From: Chiloscyllium plagiosum
Taxonomy: Eukaryota
Assembly (NCBI RefSeq): GCF_004010195.1
Contig: NW_025215089.1
Location: 1-63,000 of the forward strand
Reading direction: 5' to 3'
Length of the DNA stretch: 63,000 nt
Positions 1 through 12,499 of the stretch are shown here, piece by piece. A program made the translations under genes and the position numbers. Each line of letters starts with the position of its first letter. Within the stretch, counting starts at the first letter, position 1. The notes below the pieces were generated by a model. The model worked only from the letters and a program-made list of their open reading frames with translations, was not told the origin of the DNA and searched no databases.

Positions 1-456
1 TTTTAGTTCGCTTTCTATAACTTTGAATGTTTTTTCGGATATACTCTTCGACAGAATAGTGAGAATAGATTGTAAAGTCATGAAACAACCCCAATGGCAG
101 CATACAGGCCACCGAAGGGCATGTCTATCTCTTTCTGTTATTGTCTCAAGGACAACATTACAAGGAATCGTAGAAAACTGCTCTGAGTCTTCAACGACAT
201 TCTTTGAAGAAGTAAACAACGTGGAATGTCATAAAGATGGTGACAGGGTCAGAATGTTCCAGGTTGAACACCTATGCACCGCTCACACTTTGTGTCTTCT
301 TTATTTATTCTACTTTCTGGAGAGTATTTTCTTGCCAAAGTATTGTCTTTTTAACGTGACTCCTTTGGGAATAGAGTAAGTGAGTCCCAGACCAGAGGAT
401 CGCGTGGTGAATCAAGGCTTCAAGATTTAAAGAACAGTGCTGCCTGGAGTGTCCAA

Positions 457-850
457 GTGCGGTCTGGATACTGGGCCCGGGGCAGTCTGGAGACTGTGTC
501 TGGTACAGTTTGGAGACTGGACCCCGTGCAGTCTGGAGACTGGGCCAAGTGTGGCCTGGTGACTTGGCCCGGTGTCGCCTGTACAATAGGCTCAATGCAG
601 TTTGGAGACTGCTCCTGGAATGTTCTGCAGTCTGACCCAGTGTGTCCCAGAGACTGGGTCTGCTGCGGCCTGGAGACTGGGCCTGCTGCGGTCTGGAGCC
701 TTGGCCCGGTGTGTTATGGAGACTGGTCCTGGTATCGTCTGGAGTCTGGGCCCCGTGAGGCCTTGAGGCTGGGCACGGTGCGGTCTGAAGACTGAGCCTG
801 GTGTGGTCTGCCGACTGAAACTGGTGTGGTCGACAGTCTCGAGACTAGAT
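457..850. repeat. Degenerate 23-bp minisatellite (~17 copies, consensus about GTGCGGTCTGGAGACTGGGCCCG)
   Basis: Core (t/c)ctggagact recurs at 463, 486, 509, 532, 555, 601, 669, 692, 738, 784, i.e. 23-bp phase with one 1-bp slip. Confidence 0.9.
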
Positions 851-964
851 ATTTTATAATGTCGCCAGTAGGACTTGGTCCAATTAAAGATCGTAGTGGG
901 AAGTGTTAGTTGAAACTGAGGACATGGGGATGCACTTATTTAATACTTATTTAATATATCTGAT

Positions 965-2372
965 CAACGGATCCAGACACTCTAAACAGTCAACACAGGA
1001 ATTCTTGGACATCATTAGAAATATACACATAGACAAGGAAGAAACTATGTTCTCATTCGATGTAACGGCACTGTTCACCTCTATCGACAAAACCCTAGCC
1101 AGAGAATCAATAGCCAGCCTGCTGTACATACAGAACAGATAACAAGATTGGGAACATATCAACAAAGACTGCATAATCCAACTACTGGACCTGTGCCTCG
1201 CAACACACTTCACATTCAACAACCAAATATATCAACAAATCCATGGGCTCACCCATCTCTGGACTCATAGCAGAAATGGTAATGCAAAGGTTAGAACAGT
1301 CTTAAACAAATTCAACCCAAACTCTGGGTCAGATATGTTATGATACCTTTGTAATCATTAAAAACAAAGAAATAGAAAACACATACCGGATCATCAACCC
1401 CAGCCTCACAGGCATCCGATTCACTACAGAGGAAGAAAAGGACAACCACCTCCCATTCCTAGACGTGATGGTACAGAGAACACCTAACGGAGAATTCACC
1501 ACAAAGATATACAGTAAAGCCACACACACAGAGACCAAGTACTAAACTACGAAAGCACCACCCAAACACACAAAATAAGTTGCATCAAGACACTGTTCAA
1601 AAGGGCCACAACATACTGCAGTACACCAGAACTGCAAAAAAGAGGAAGAAGAACACCTATACAATGTATTCACCAAAAACGGATACCCCCGCAATTTCAT
1701 CAACAGATGCATAAGGAAAAGACAACGGAATGAGGATATGCCACAACCCAAAGAACTAGCCAAACTACCATACATCAAAAACATTTCCGAACTGACAGCC
1801 AGACTACTGCGACCAGGAGGACTCAGAACAGCACACAAACCAACAGCCACTCTCAGAAAACAACTCGCCAGGACGAAGGACTCGATACCCAGCATGGGCA
1901 AAACCAATGAACTGTACAAAATCCCATGCAAGGACTGCACAAAACATTACATAGGACAAACAGGAAGACAGCTAACGATCCGCATCCATGAACACCAACT
2001 AGCCACGAAACGACATGACCAGCTATCCTTAGTAGCCACACACTCAGATGACAAGCAACATGAGTTCGACTGGACAACACTACTATTATAGGACAAGCCA
2101 AACAGAGAATAGCCATGGAATTCCAAAGAGGCATGGCACTCATCCACTGATTAGATCAATGAACACATCGACCTGGACCCAATATATCTGCCACTGCAAC
2201 GGACACATGGAACTGACAACCGGAAGTGGCAGATTCAAATCGATATAAATGCCTGAGGAAACATCACAGAAGCGCTTCACAGGAGGCTCCCAAGCATTGA
2301 TGATGTCACTTAGACAGGGGGTGAAACGTCTGTAACATAAATTCCCAGCTCGGCAAACAGAACCACAACAAT
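965..2372 (+). mobile_element. Penelope-like element (Poseidon/Penelope-type, family A1), 5'-truncated and frameshifted: RT + GIY-YIG endonuclease + 3' pLTR
   Basis: Translations include RT motif ETMFSFDVTALFTSID and GIY-YIG motif LYKIPCKDCTKHYIGQTGRQLTIRIHEHQ; no Cys-rich linker; 3' end carries a hammerhead-like motif. Confidence 0.92.
2294..2333 (+). ncRNA. Minimal type-I hammerhead ribozyme motif, degenerate (C3->U)
   Basis: gca-TTGATGA-tgtcacttagacagggggt-GAAAC-GTC-tgt in PLE 3' end. Confidence 0.7.
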
Positions 2373-2497
2373 CCTCCTGAATAGACAATTATATCCAATC
2401 TGTTCGTTCTCCATTGTTTATACCTAAAAGCGATATCTTCAAGAAAAATGTCTGAAAACTATAACTTCTCTTTCATATATGCATTCTCTGGCAGTTT

Positions 2498-2816
2498 GTG
2501 GGCGGCGCGGTGGCACAGTGGCTAGCACTGCTGCTTCACAGCGCCTGAGACCCGGGTTCAATTCCCGCCTCAGGCGACTGACTGTGTGGAGTTTGCATGT
2601 TCTCCCCGTGTCTGCGTGGGTTTCCTCCGGGTGCGCCGGTTTCCTCCCACAATCCAAAGATGTGCAGGTCAGGTGAATTGACCATGTTATTTTGCCCGTA
2701 GTGTTAGGCAATGGGTAAATATAGGGGTATGGGTGGGTTGCGCTTCGGCGAGTAGGTGTGGACTTGTTGGGCCGAAGGGCCTGCTTCCACACTGTAATGT
2801 AATCTAATCTAATCTA
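2498..2816 (+). mobile_element. HE1-type tRNA-derived V-SINE, full length
   Basis: A box tggcacagtgg, B box ggttcaattcc, V-domain tgtgtggagtttgcatgttctccccgtgtctgcgtgggtttcctcc, CR1-like 3' end and (taatc)n tail. Confidence 0.92.
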
Positions 2817-2829
2817 CTTTCTAAATGAC

Positions 2830-4230
2830 CGATACCACATTTGTTATAACAGATTTAAACAGATTCTCTCCTGTGTGTGACAAGTTACTTGGTCTCTACT
2901 TCCCCACTTCTCCTCTTCTTCCCTTTTTGGATCGTGGAATACATTTATAACCTCCCAAATTGCACAGGAGAAGTACTGTGTTGCCTAATGCAATCAATCT
3001 ATCCATTGCTTATTACTCTGAAATTACATTGTGAAGTACATTTGGTCTGTCAGACTTATCAATCACTAACCTGGTTATGTTTTCAAACACACCTCGTTAC
3101 TAATATGCATGAGTTGAGTCTTTAGTTACACAAGTCTCATGGTCACTTTGTATTTCTGGGAGACGTTATGCATTCTTCTACGAAGACAGACACAATATAA
3201 CGAGTTAGTTTCCCTGCAATTTCTCTTTTATCAGCAATAAATTATCCTATCCACATTTGTTCCACACTGCTTAACATTTCGCGTGGCTTTAACTTTCCTT
3301 TCAAATATTGTCCGAAGCTTTGCATCAGTCTTTATGTTTCTATTTAGTTTGCATTCTTGATGTCTTTTAACGTCCTTATCAATTTCTTGGTCCTCCTTTG
3401 TTCCAATGAATCCATGATGTCTGCCATTTTTCTGAACGACTTTCCCTTGATATAATACAATTTTTAACTTCGTCTGTTAATCATGGTTGAGTCACCTTAC
3501 TATAAAATTGCTATATGCGCCTTGGAGGATATATGTATACTGTGCTGCTTATAGTGTTTCCATAAATGAAGGGCGGCACGGTAGCTCAGTAGTTATCACT
3601 GCTGCCTCACAGGCACGGTAGCTCAGTAGTTATCACTGCTGCCTCACAGTACCTGGGACCCGGGTACAATTCCCGCCTCGGGCAACTGTCTGTATGGAGT
3701 TTGCACATTCTCCCCGTGTCTGTGTAGGTTTCCTCCAGGTGCTCCGGTTTGTTCCCACTGTCGAAATATGTGCAGGTTAGTTGAATTGGTCATTCTAAAT
3801 TGTCCATAGTGTTAAGTGTAGAGGAATGCGTCTGGGTGATTGGTATGGACTTGTTGGGGCGAAGAGCATGTTTCCACTCTGTTGGGAATCTAATCAACGT
3901 CTTGCTTGTACCAGATGTATGCCTCCTTTTCCCCTTGTTCAAAGCCTCACTATCCCCTGACATATCCTGTGCCCTGCTCCTGTTAGCATTGCCCTTCACA
4001 CGAAGGTGAAGATGTAATTCCTGAAGTCTCACTGTCTCGCTTTTTAATGACTCCCACTTTTCTGATGTCCTTTCACCTTCAACAACTTCCTCCAATCAAC
4101 TCTTAAAGTTTTTGCCCAATTCCATCACAACTGGCCTTGCCCCAATTTATTACGTAAACTTGTGGATCAGACATTTCGTTTTTCAGGACTATTATCAAAC
4201 TAATAGAATTATGTTCCCAGGTCCCAAAAT
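2830..4230 (-). mobile_element. Degenerate CR1 LINE ORF2 fragments, interrupted by an HE1 SINE
   Basis: Minus-strand peptide EKWESLKSETVRLQELHLHLRVKG resembles the CR1 ORF2 linker seen in other copies here. Confidence 0.5.
3571..3895 (+). mobile_element. HE1-type V-SINE with internal 37-bp tandem duplication of the 5' head
   Basis: Same head, V-domain and tail as 2498-2816; ggcacggtagctcagtagttatcactgctgcctcaca at 3575-3611 and 3612-3648. Confidence 0.9.
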
Positions 4231-4652
4231 GCGTCAGCATCTACTGTGGAGGAAGACATAGAAACTGGGGAACTTAGGGAAATAAATTAATGCAGTGATA
4301 TTTTGAAATGTGGCTTCCTTACAGAAGAGGAAGTGCCGGAATTTTGAAAATGCACAACGTTAGATAAACACCCAGGGCCTGTTCAATCATACGTTTTTCT
4401 ATGAGGACCTTCGTGAGACCTAACAAGATGCCACATGGTAGCCTGGCTAATAAGGTTAGATCACAGGGGATCAGGAAGAGCTTCGAAATGAAAGTAGGAG
4501 ACAGTTGGTGCAGGGAGAGATTTCTGGTGACCAGCGGTGTGACACAAGACCAGTGCTGGGGCCACTGTTGTTTGTTATTTTGAGAAATGATTTGGATGAG
4601 AATATACAAAGGATGGATGGTAACATTGTAGACGACACCAAATTGCTGGTTA

Positions 4653-5257
4653 TTGCAAGGTTTATGAAGGTTTGTAGCTCAGGTTGAGGCTTAGAGTGTA
4701 GGTTTGTTCGCTGAGATGTAAGTTTGATATCTAGACGTTTCATTACCTGGCTAGGTAACATCATCAGTGGCGACCTCCAAGTGAAGCGAAGCTGTTGTCT
4801 CTTGCTTTCTATTTGTATCTTTCTCCTGGATAGGGTTCCTGGGTTTTGTGGTGATGTCATTTCGTGTTCGTTTTCTGAGGGGTTGATAGATCGTATCGAG
4901 ATCTATGTGTTTGTTTATGGCGTTGTGGTTGGAGTGCCAGGCCTCTCGGAATTCTCTGGCATGTCTTTGCTTAGCCTGTCCCAGGATAGATGTGTTGTCC
5001 CCGTCGAAGTTTTGGTTTTGTCATCCGTGTGTAGGGCTACGAGGGAGAGAGGGTCGTGTCTTGTTGTGGCTAACTAGTGTTCGTGTATCCTAGTGCCTCA
5101 CTTTCTTCCTGTTTGTCCTACATAGTGTTTGTGGCAGTCCTTGCATGGAATTTTGTAGATGACGTTGAGTTTGTCCACGGGTTGTACTGGGTCTTTTAAG
5201 TTTGTTAGTTTTTGTTTGAGAGTGTTGGTAGGTTTGTGTGCTACTAGAATTCCGAGG
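4653..5257 (-). mobile_element. Penelope-like element 3' fragment (family A2) with 11-bp TSD
   Basis: Reverse complement matches the GIY-YIG/pLTR region of 31641-32302 and 33100-33640; attgctggtta at 4642-4652 and 5258-5268. Confidence 0.9.
4731..4770 (-). ncRNA. Minimal type-I hammerhead ribozyme motif, core intact
   Basis: Minus strand: cca-CTGATGA-t-gttacct-agcc-aggtaat-GAAAC-GTC-tag. Confidence 0.8.
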
Positions 5258-5659
5258 ATTGCTGGTTAAATGGCAGTGAAGAAGGTCATTTAAATGGAAA
5301 ATAAGATCATAATTAACTGCAGCAGTAGGCCAAGGATTGGCAGTCGGAGCTTCCTGCAGATTAATATGAGGTACTGCCTTTTTTTAGACAAATCAGTGCA
5401 AGACTTACACATGTGGACAGGTTGGTGTGAAGGCAGTAGGTACGATTACCTTCATCAGTCAGAGCAGTGAATATAGTAATTTGGACATGATGCTGTTGCT
5501 GTTCAAGAGGACAGTAAGGTCAAATTTGGAGTACTGTGTACAATTCGTGTTGCCCTGACATACGAAGAATGTTATAAACCAGAAAGGGTGCAAAATATTT
5601 ACAATGATGAGAAAAAGAGTGGAGGTATTGAGGTATAATGATAGCCTGGATAAAACAAA

Positions 5660-7500
5660 GAGAACAAAGAACATAGAAAATTTACTGCCAGTACGCCCTT
5701 TGGCGCTCCAAGCCTGAGCCGATTAAAATCCAGTGTGTAAATCTGTCACCCAATTCCGAAGTATCTGTATCCCTCTGCTCCCCATGTACTCATCCATCTG
5801 TTCAGATGCATCTGAAATGAATCTAACGTGCCTGCCTCTACTACCTCTGCTGGCAACGCGTTCCAGACACCTACCACCCTCTGTGTAAGGTATTTGCCGC
5901 GAGTCTCCCCCTTAAACTTTTCACCTCTCACCTTGAAAGCGGGACATCTCATTCCTGAATCCTTCACTCTGGAAAACGCTTATCTCGATGTACCCTGCCT
6001 ATACCTTTTATGATTTTGTAGTCCTCAATAAGATCTCGCCTCAATCTCCTTTTTTTCTAATGAAAACAATCCGAAGCTACTCAACCGCTCTTCATAGGTA
6101 GTACCTTCCATACCAGACAACATCCTCATAAACCTTGCCTGCACCCTCTCCAAAGCCTTCACATCTTTTTGGTAATGTGGCGACCAGAACAGTACACAGT
6201 ATTCCAAATGCGGCCGTACCAATGCCTTGTACAATTTTAACAGACCTGACAGTTCTTATACTCAATAGCCCATCCGATGAAGGCAAGCTACTATATGCCT
6301 ACTTGACCAATCCATCCACCTGTGAGCGACGTTCATCGTACAATTGACTTGCACTCCCCGATCTCTCTGCTCATCAACTTTTCACAATGCCATTCTGTTT
6401 ACCGTATAATTCGTTTTAAAATTAGACTTTCCAAAATGCATCAACTCACAGTTGCCTGGATTAAACTCCATCTACCACTTCTCATTCCAACCCTCCAGTC
6501 TATCTATATTCTCCTGTATCTTTGACAGTGTCCTACGTTTTCTGCTCCTCCACCAATTTTCGTGTCATCTGCAAACTTGCTGATTATACCAACAGTGCCC
6601 TTTTCCAGATCATGTATGTACATCAACAACAGCACTGGCGCAAACACTGATCGCTGTGGAACACCACTCGTCACCTTTCTCCATTTCGAGAAACTCCCTT
6701 CAACGATGACTCTCGGTCTCCTGGTTTTCAACCAGTTCTTTAGCCACCTAGCTAGAACACTCTGCACATCATGTGACTTCACATTCTCTGTTAGTTTACT
6801 ATCGGAACCTTATCAAACGCCTTGTCAAAGTCTATGTAAATGACATCTATAGTCCTTCCTTCATCTATCAATACAGTTACTTACTCAACGAATTCGAGTA
6901 AGTTGGTAAGGCACTCTCCCGTACAAAACCATTTTTCCTATCACTGATACGTCCGTTCTGTTCCAAATATAAATAGATTTTACCCCTCAGTACCTTCTCC
7001 AGCAACCTTCCCACCACTGATGTCAGGCTCACTGGTCTGTGGTTAACCGAAATGTTCAGAGTACCCTCTTGTACTGGAGGGCAAAATGATCAATTTTCCA
7101 ATCTTCCAGCACGTCACCTGTGTTTAAGAATGCTACAAAGATAGCTGACAGGGCCTAAGTATTTTCTCTCTTGCCTCCCTGAGCAACCTGGAATACATCC
7201 AACCCGGTCCTGTGGATTTGTCCACCTTAATAAACTCGAGCCTACCAAACAAATCTTACATACTTATGTGAGCGTGATTCAGAGCATTCAAAATTCTATC
7301 TCTTCTCTCCTCAGTGAACACTGATGCAAAGTAATCATTCAGAATTTCACACATCTTCTCAGATTAAAATTGCAGCCTTCCTTCCTTATCCTTTAGTGGA
7401 CCAATCCTTTCTCCAGTTACCCGCTTGCTTCTTATATCCGAATAAAAGGCTTTGCGATTCTCATTAATTGTGCTCACTAAAGTTATTTCATGACCATTTT
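5660..7500 (-). mobile_element. CR1 LINE (outer element), RT and 3' end
   Basis: VTSGVPQRSVFAP, ISKFADDTKIGG, YKALVRPHLEYCVLFWSP, TQRVVGVWNALP; tail near 5660. Confidence 0.92.
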
Positions 7501-10080
7501 TAGAACATAGAACATAGAAAAGTCGGCCCTTTGGTCCACGATGTGGTACCGAGCATTAATCCTAATGTAAAATCAAATAACTTAAGCTACATATCCCTGC
7601 GTTGTCTGAGATCTATTTGCATGCCAGCAGTCGCTTTAATATCCCGAATGACTCCGCTTCCACCATCACCATTGACAACGCATTCCATGCATTCACAACT
7701 CTCTGCGGAAGGAACCTTCCTCTGACATCCCCTCTTTACGTTTTTCCTAATATCTTAAACACTACGAACCCTCGGACCAGTCAATCCTGCAGTGGGAAAA
7801 AGTCTCAGGCTATTAACTCTATCTATTTCTTTAATTAGCTTGCATACCTCGATCAGGTCACGTCTCTTCCTCATCTCCAGAGGTAAAAGTCCGAGCTTGG
7901 TCAAACTCTCTTCACAAGGCAAGCCCTCCAGTCCAGACAGCATCCTGGTAAACCTTTTTTGCACTGTCTCCAAAGCCTCTATACCTTTCCTACAATAGGG
8001 CGTCCAGAACGGGACACAATGTTCCATGTGTGGTCTCACCAGTGACTTGGAGAGCTGTAACAAAACCTCGTTGCGTTAAATTCGATCCCCTTGTTAATGA
8101 AAGCCAAATCACTATATGCTCTTTAACACTCCTATCCACTTGGGTAGCAACTATGTCGGATCTATCTACTTGAACACCAAGATCTCTCTGTTCCTCCACA
8201 CTGCCAAGAATCCTATCTGGAATCGTTTATTCAGATTTCGAGTTCGACCTACCAAAATGTATCACCTCATATTGCCAAGATTGAACTCCATTTGTCATTT
8301 TCAGCCCAGCACTATATTTTACCTATGTCACGCTGCAGCTGCAGTAACCCTCGATACTATAAACGAACCTTCAACATTTGTGTGTTCTGCAAATTTACTC
8401 ACCAACCCCTCAAACTCCTCACCCAACACATTTATAAAAAGTACAAAGAGCACAGGCCCAAGAACAGAGCTCTGTGGGACCCACTCAACACTGACCTCCA
8501 GGCAGAATTCTTTCCACCTACATGCACTCCCTGCCTTCTGTCATCCAAACAATTCTGAATCCAGATTGCCAAGTCTCCCTGTATCCCATACTTCCTGACT
8601 TTATGAGTGAGGCTACCATGGGGAACCTTATCAAATGCCACATCTACTGCTCGACCTTCGTCGAACTGCCTCGTCACCTCCACAAAGGACTCAATAAAAT
8701 TTGCGAGGCATGACCTGCCGCTCACAAGGCCATGCTGACTGCCTTTCGTCAGGCTATGCTTTTCCAAATAGTCATTAATCCTATGTTGAAAAACGTCGTG
8801 CTGGAAAATCACAGCAGCATCCGAGGAGCAGGAGAATCGATGTTTTGGGCATAAGCCCTTCTTCAGGAATAAAGCAGGGCTTATGCCCGAAACGTCGACT
8901 CTCCTGCTCCTCGGATGCTGCCTGGCCTGCTGTGTTTTTCCAGCACCACTTTTTTCAACTCTGGTACTCCAGCATCTGCAGTCCTCACTTTCTCCTAATT
9001 ATAAATCCTATCCCTCAGAATTCTTTCCAAAACTTTGCTGACCATAGATGTAAGACTAACTAGTCTGTAATTGCCAGGTGTTTCCTTCGTACCCTTCTTG
9101 AAAAGTGGAACAACCTCCTATTTCGATTCCCCGAGTAGCTTGGGAGAAATCTGGCCTTGCCCTGGGGACTCCCAATCTTAATGTTTGCCAAAGCTTCCAA
9201 CACATCAGCTTCATCGATCTTGATCGAATCAAGCCTGTATACGAGTTTCTCAAATCTCCCATTCGAAACAAGGACCCTTTCCTTTGTGATAACCGAAGCA
9301 AAAGACTCATTTAGGGCTTCCCTTGTCTGCTCATATTCTACGCACAAGTTCCCTACCCTGTCCCTGATCGGCCCTACTTTATCCCTGATCATTCTCTTAT
9401 TCCTCACGTATGAGTTAAATGCCTTTTTCCTGCCCGGTCCTGACTCTCCTCAGTCCACTTCTGAGCTCCTTTCTAGCAAGCCTGTGATTCTCTAACGCAG
9501 TGGTAGCTCCTTGCTTCCTCCACCCTACGTAAGCTGCCTTCTTCCTATGGATGCGAAGCTTATCAGTTCTTGTTGTCCCCTTCTTACCTGTCTCAGAGGA
9601 ACAAGTTTTTGCATCACTCGCAACAACTTCTCCTTAAACAGTCTTCACATGTCTGCTGTGCCCTTTCTATGGAACAATAGCTCCCATGCTGTACTTCGCA
9701 ACTCCTGTCTGTTAGCGTCATCATTTCCTTTTCCCCAATAAAGTATCTTCCCTCCCTGTAACTGCTGCCTTTCCTCTCCAAGACTTTGATAAATGTGAGG
9801 CAATTATGATGATTGTCACCAAAGTGTCCTCCACCGCGAGATCTTGCACCGGTCCTGGCTCATTTCCAAGCACCAAATCCAAAATAGGCTCTCCCTTCGT
9901 CGGCCTGTCGACATACTGAGTAAGGAACCCCTCCTGAACAAACCTGACAAAAAGCGGTTCCATCCAAGCAATATTCTCCAAGGAGATTCCAGTTGATTTT
10001 GGGAAAGTTGAAATCACACAATACAACAACTTTGCTACATCTGCATTTTTCCAAAACCTGCCCAACAATGAATTCTTCAA
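7501..10080 (-). mobile_element. CR1 LINE nested inside the outer CR1
   Basis: Own (atagaac)n tail at 7501-7519; SQHGLVSGRSCLANF, AFDKVPHG, DFNFPKINW, LTQYVDRPTKGEPILDLVLGNEP. Confidence 0.9.
8785..8995. mobile_element. ORF-less hairpin element built from two inverted Neptune-type pLTR ends, inserted in CR1
   Basis: Left arm gttgaaaaa...gggcataagccc is the reverse complement of right arm gggcttatgccc...ttttttcaac; matches pLTR at 25600-25718; degenerate 16-bp TSD at 8769-8784 and 8996-9011. Confidence 0.85.
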
Positions 10081-11110
10081 TTTTATTAGTCCGCTTAATT
10101 CCTCGTTTAAGAATGGTCCTACTCTCCCGATATTCCACGCTGGCCCGTTCTGTTCTTCGCTATCTGGACTTTATGTACGATTCTCTTTTCCTCTTGGCTA
10201 CTCGTCACATTTCTCCTGTCATCCACGGTTCACGAATCTTACCTTTCCTATCCTTTGGTTTCAACGGGGCATGTTTATCCTGCACTATCTTTACACTATA
10301 CTTGAAAGCCTCCCACATATGAAATGTGGACTTCCTTTCAAATAACTGCTCCCAATCCGCATTTCCCAGCTTCTGCCTAATTTTGATATAAGTGCCTTGG
10401 CCCAGTTTAGTACTTTTCCCTCCAACAATGTAACGTCACCCTTCTTTTTTCTCGTTTCCACCCGTAATGCTTCACTACTAAAGCCCACCGTAATGCCCTC
10501 TTTTTGCAGGGCCGTGATATCATTCCTGAGCAGTAATCCAACTACTCCCTACTCTTTATACTGCTCTCCCTGCCCTGTCTGAACCTTTTATATCCTGGAA
10601 TATTTAGTTGCTAATCAGGCCGTTCTTTCAACCAAGTCTTTGTGACTGTAATAACGACATAATCCCAGGCACCAACCCAAGTCCTACGTTCATCTGCCTT
10701 CCCCACTATACTCCTTGCATGAAAGTATATGCACTTGATGCGACCAGTTCTTTGCGTTCATCTGCTCTCTGCCTAATCTTCCCCTTATTAATGTTAACTT
10801 CATGATTCTTATAGCCTTCAGTTTCCATCTTGTTGTCTCCTACTTTGCGACGCTGGTTTCCAGCCCCCTGCCACGTTAGTTTAAAACCTCCCCAACAGCA
10901 GGAGCAAAACTTCCCCCAAGCACGTTAGTTTCAGTCTGGTTCATGTGTAGACCATCCAATCTTTAATTGTCCCACCTTCCGCAGAACCGGTCCAAATGTC
11001 CAACAAACCTGAACCTCCTACACCATTCCCCAAACCACGTGTTCCTCCTGCCTATCCGTTCATTTTTATGCTGGCTAGCACGTGGTACCGGTACTAATTC
11101 CTAGATCACT
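10081..11110 (-). mobile_element. Continuation (5' part) of the outer CR1 LINE
   Basis: Continues the ORF2 linker broken at 7500 (MWEAFKYSVKIVQDKHAP-like in minus frame); SSEALRVE endonuclease-region peptide. Confidence 0.7.
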
Positions 11111-11119
11111 GTCTTTCAT

Positions 11120-11535
11120 AGTCTGGGAATTATTTTCCCTTTTGTGTAGCAAGCTGAGTGGTGAACTTGCAGAGTGTTATAATTATGTTGGACATGGATA
11201 GGGTAAATAGCCAAGGTCTTTTCCCCAGGAAAGAGGTGTCCAAAATCAAAGGTACAGGTTTAAGGAAAGAGTGGAGAGAGGAAAAAAAATCGAAGAGTTA
11301 GATGTTTCTCACAGACTGCTGTGTATATGTAATGAGCTGCCAGAGAAAGCAGTATAGGGGCATACAATTACAACCATAAAAATACAATTCCATGGATACG
11401 TGAGTAGGAAAGCTTTGGAAAGCTATATGCCAGATGCAGACAAACAGGATTAGTTCAGTTTAGGAAACCTGTGAGCATGGACACGTCGGGCTGAAGGGTT
11501 TCTTTGTATATTGTGTGAATCTAAGACTCTATGAC
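11120..11535 (+). mobile_element. CR1 3'-end fragment
   Basis: gatagggtaaatagccaaggtctttttcccc, aatgagctgccagagaaagc and gactctatgac tail. Confidence 0.7.
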
Positions 11536-11649
11536 ATTATAAATCTCTTTCATCGCCAATGCTTTGCTACTCTCAGCTCATTTCTAGGACAAAAATCCTC
11601 TTCAAAGCTCGTGCTCGTCTTACTTTGAAAATAACATTCTTAACATTGA

Positions 11650-12470
11650 TGTAGTAACGCAAGCCACAGCAGCAGCAGCAAAATGGTATTGAACCACAAC
11701 CTGAAACCTTTTCCCTAGTATAGTCTCTCAGTCTACCATCACCAACGAGCCGATCTATGATTCAGTGATGAGTGTGTTGCACATGCCAGGGTTAGAAACG
11801 TGTGTACTGAAACCTGATGGCAACCTGTTAAAGTTACTGGACTGGACTGGTTGCATTCCATACAGCAGAACTAACATCTGAAAGAGAAGGTGAAATGCTT
11901 TCAAGACCAACAGATCAGATCAAAACTCTTCACTCTGGCCCCATCTAGTCGTAAATGGTGATGAACGAATAAACAGCTTAATGGCGGAGATGGATCCACA
12001 AATATCTCAATTATTAAGAATGTAATATCCCTGCACATCAGGGTAAAACCAAAACATGCAGTAATTGCACTATCATCAGCCAGAAGTGTTCAGTCGATGA
12101 TCCACCTCACCCTCGCCTTTTTCCCCACAGAATCAAAGATTTCCGACTTCAACCACTTCGATTTACTGCACCTGACGTGAAGAAACAGCTGAACACAATA
12201 GATACAACAAAGACAATGGGCCATGACACCATTCCTGGATAGGACTGAAATTTCTGCTGCATGTTGTCCTGGGGAAATTGTTTTATTCCAGCTCCAACTC
12301 TCACAGCTCCCTAACAACGTGGAAAATTATTTAGCTGTGTCCCATCCCCTAAGAGAAGAATAATTGCAAGTTGACCAATTACCACTGCTTCAGTCCCATC
12401 AAGAAAGTAACATTGCTGGGAGTTCTTTTGGACAGAGCTGTCAAGCAGCTAAGAAATAACCTGATCAGTG
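11650..12470 (+). mobile_element. Highly degenerate L2/Crack-like LINE fragment
   Basis: Recalled similarity (ggatccacaaatatc, tcagccagaagtg..gatgatcc, caatgggccatgacaccattcc); no intact ORF. Confidence 0.45.
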
Positions 12471-12499
12471 TGGTTTCTGATAGGTTCCCATGTTGAGAT

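Larger units (their letters stand above)
4390..5660 (+). mobile_element. Degenerate CR1 LINE RT/3' fragment, split by a PLE insertion
   Basis: KMPHGSLANKVRSQGI, VTSGV, VDDTK motifs before 4652; CR1 C-terminal region (ttggagtactgtgtacaattc) resumes after 5268. Confidence 0.75.

Noticed and set aside
457..850. CRISPR-like array or coding ORFs (457-795, 305-595)
   Set aside because: Units are contiguous with no unique spacers, there are no cas genes, the context is eukaryotic, and the ORFs are low-complexity read-throughs of the repeat
2498..2580. HE1 SINE heads as tRNA genes (also 3571, 58851)
   Set aside because: They continue into the V-domain and LINE-derived tail, so they are SINEs
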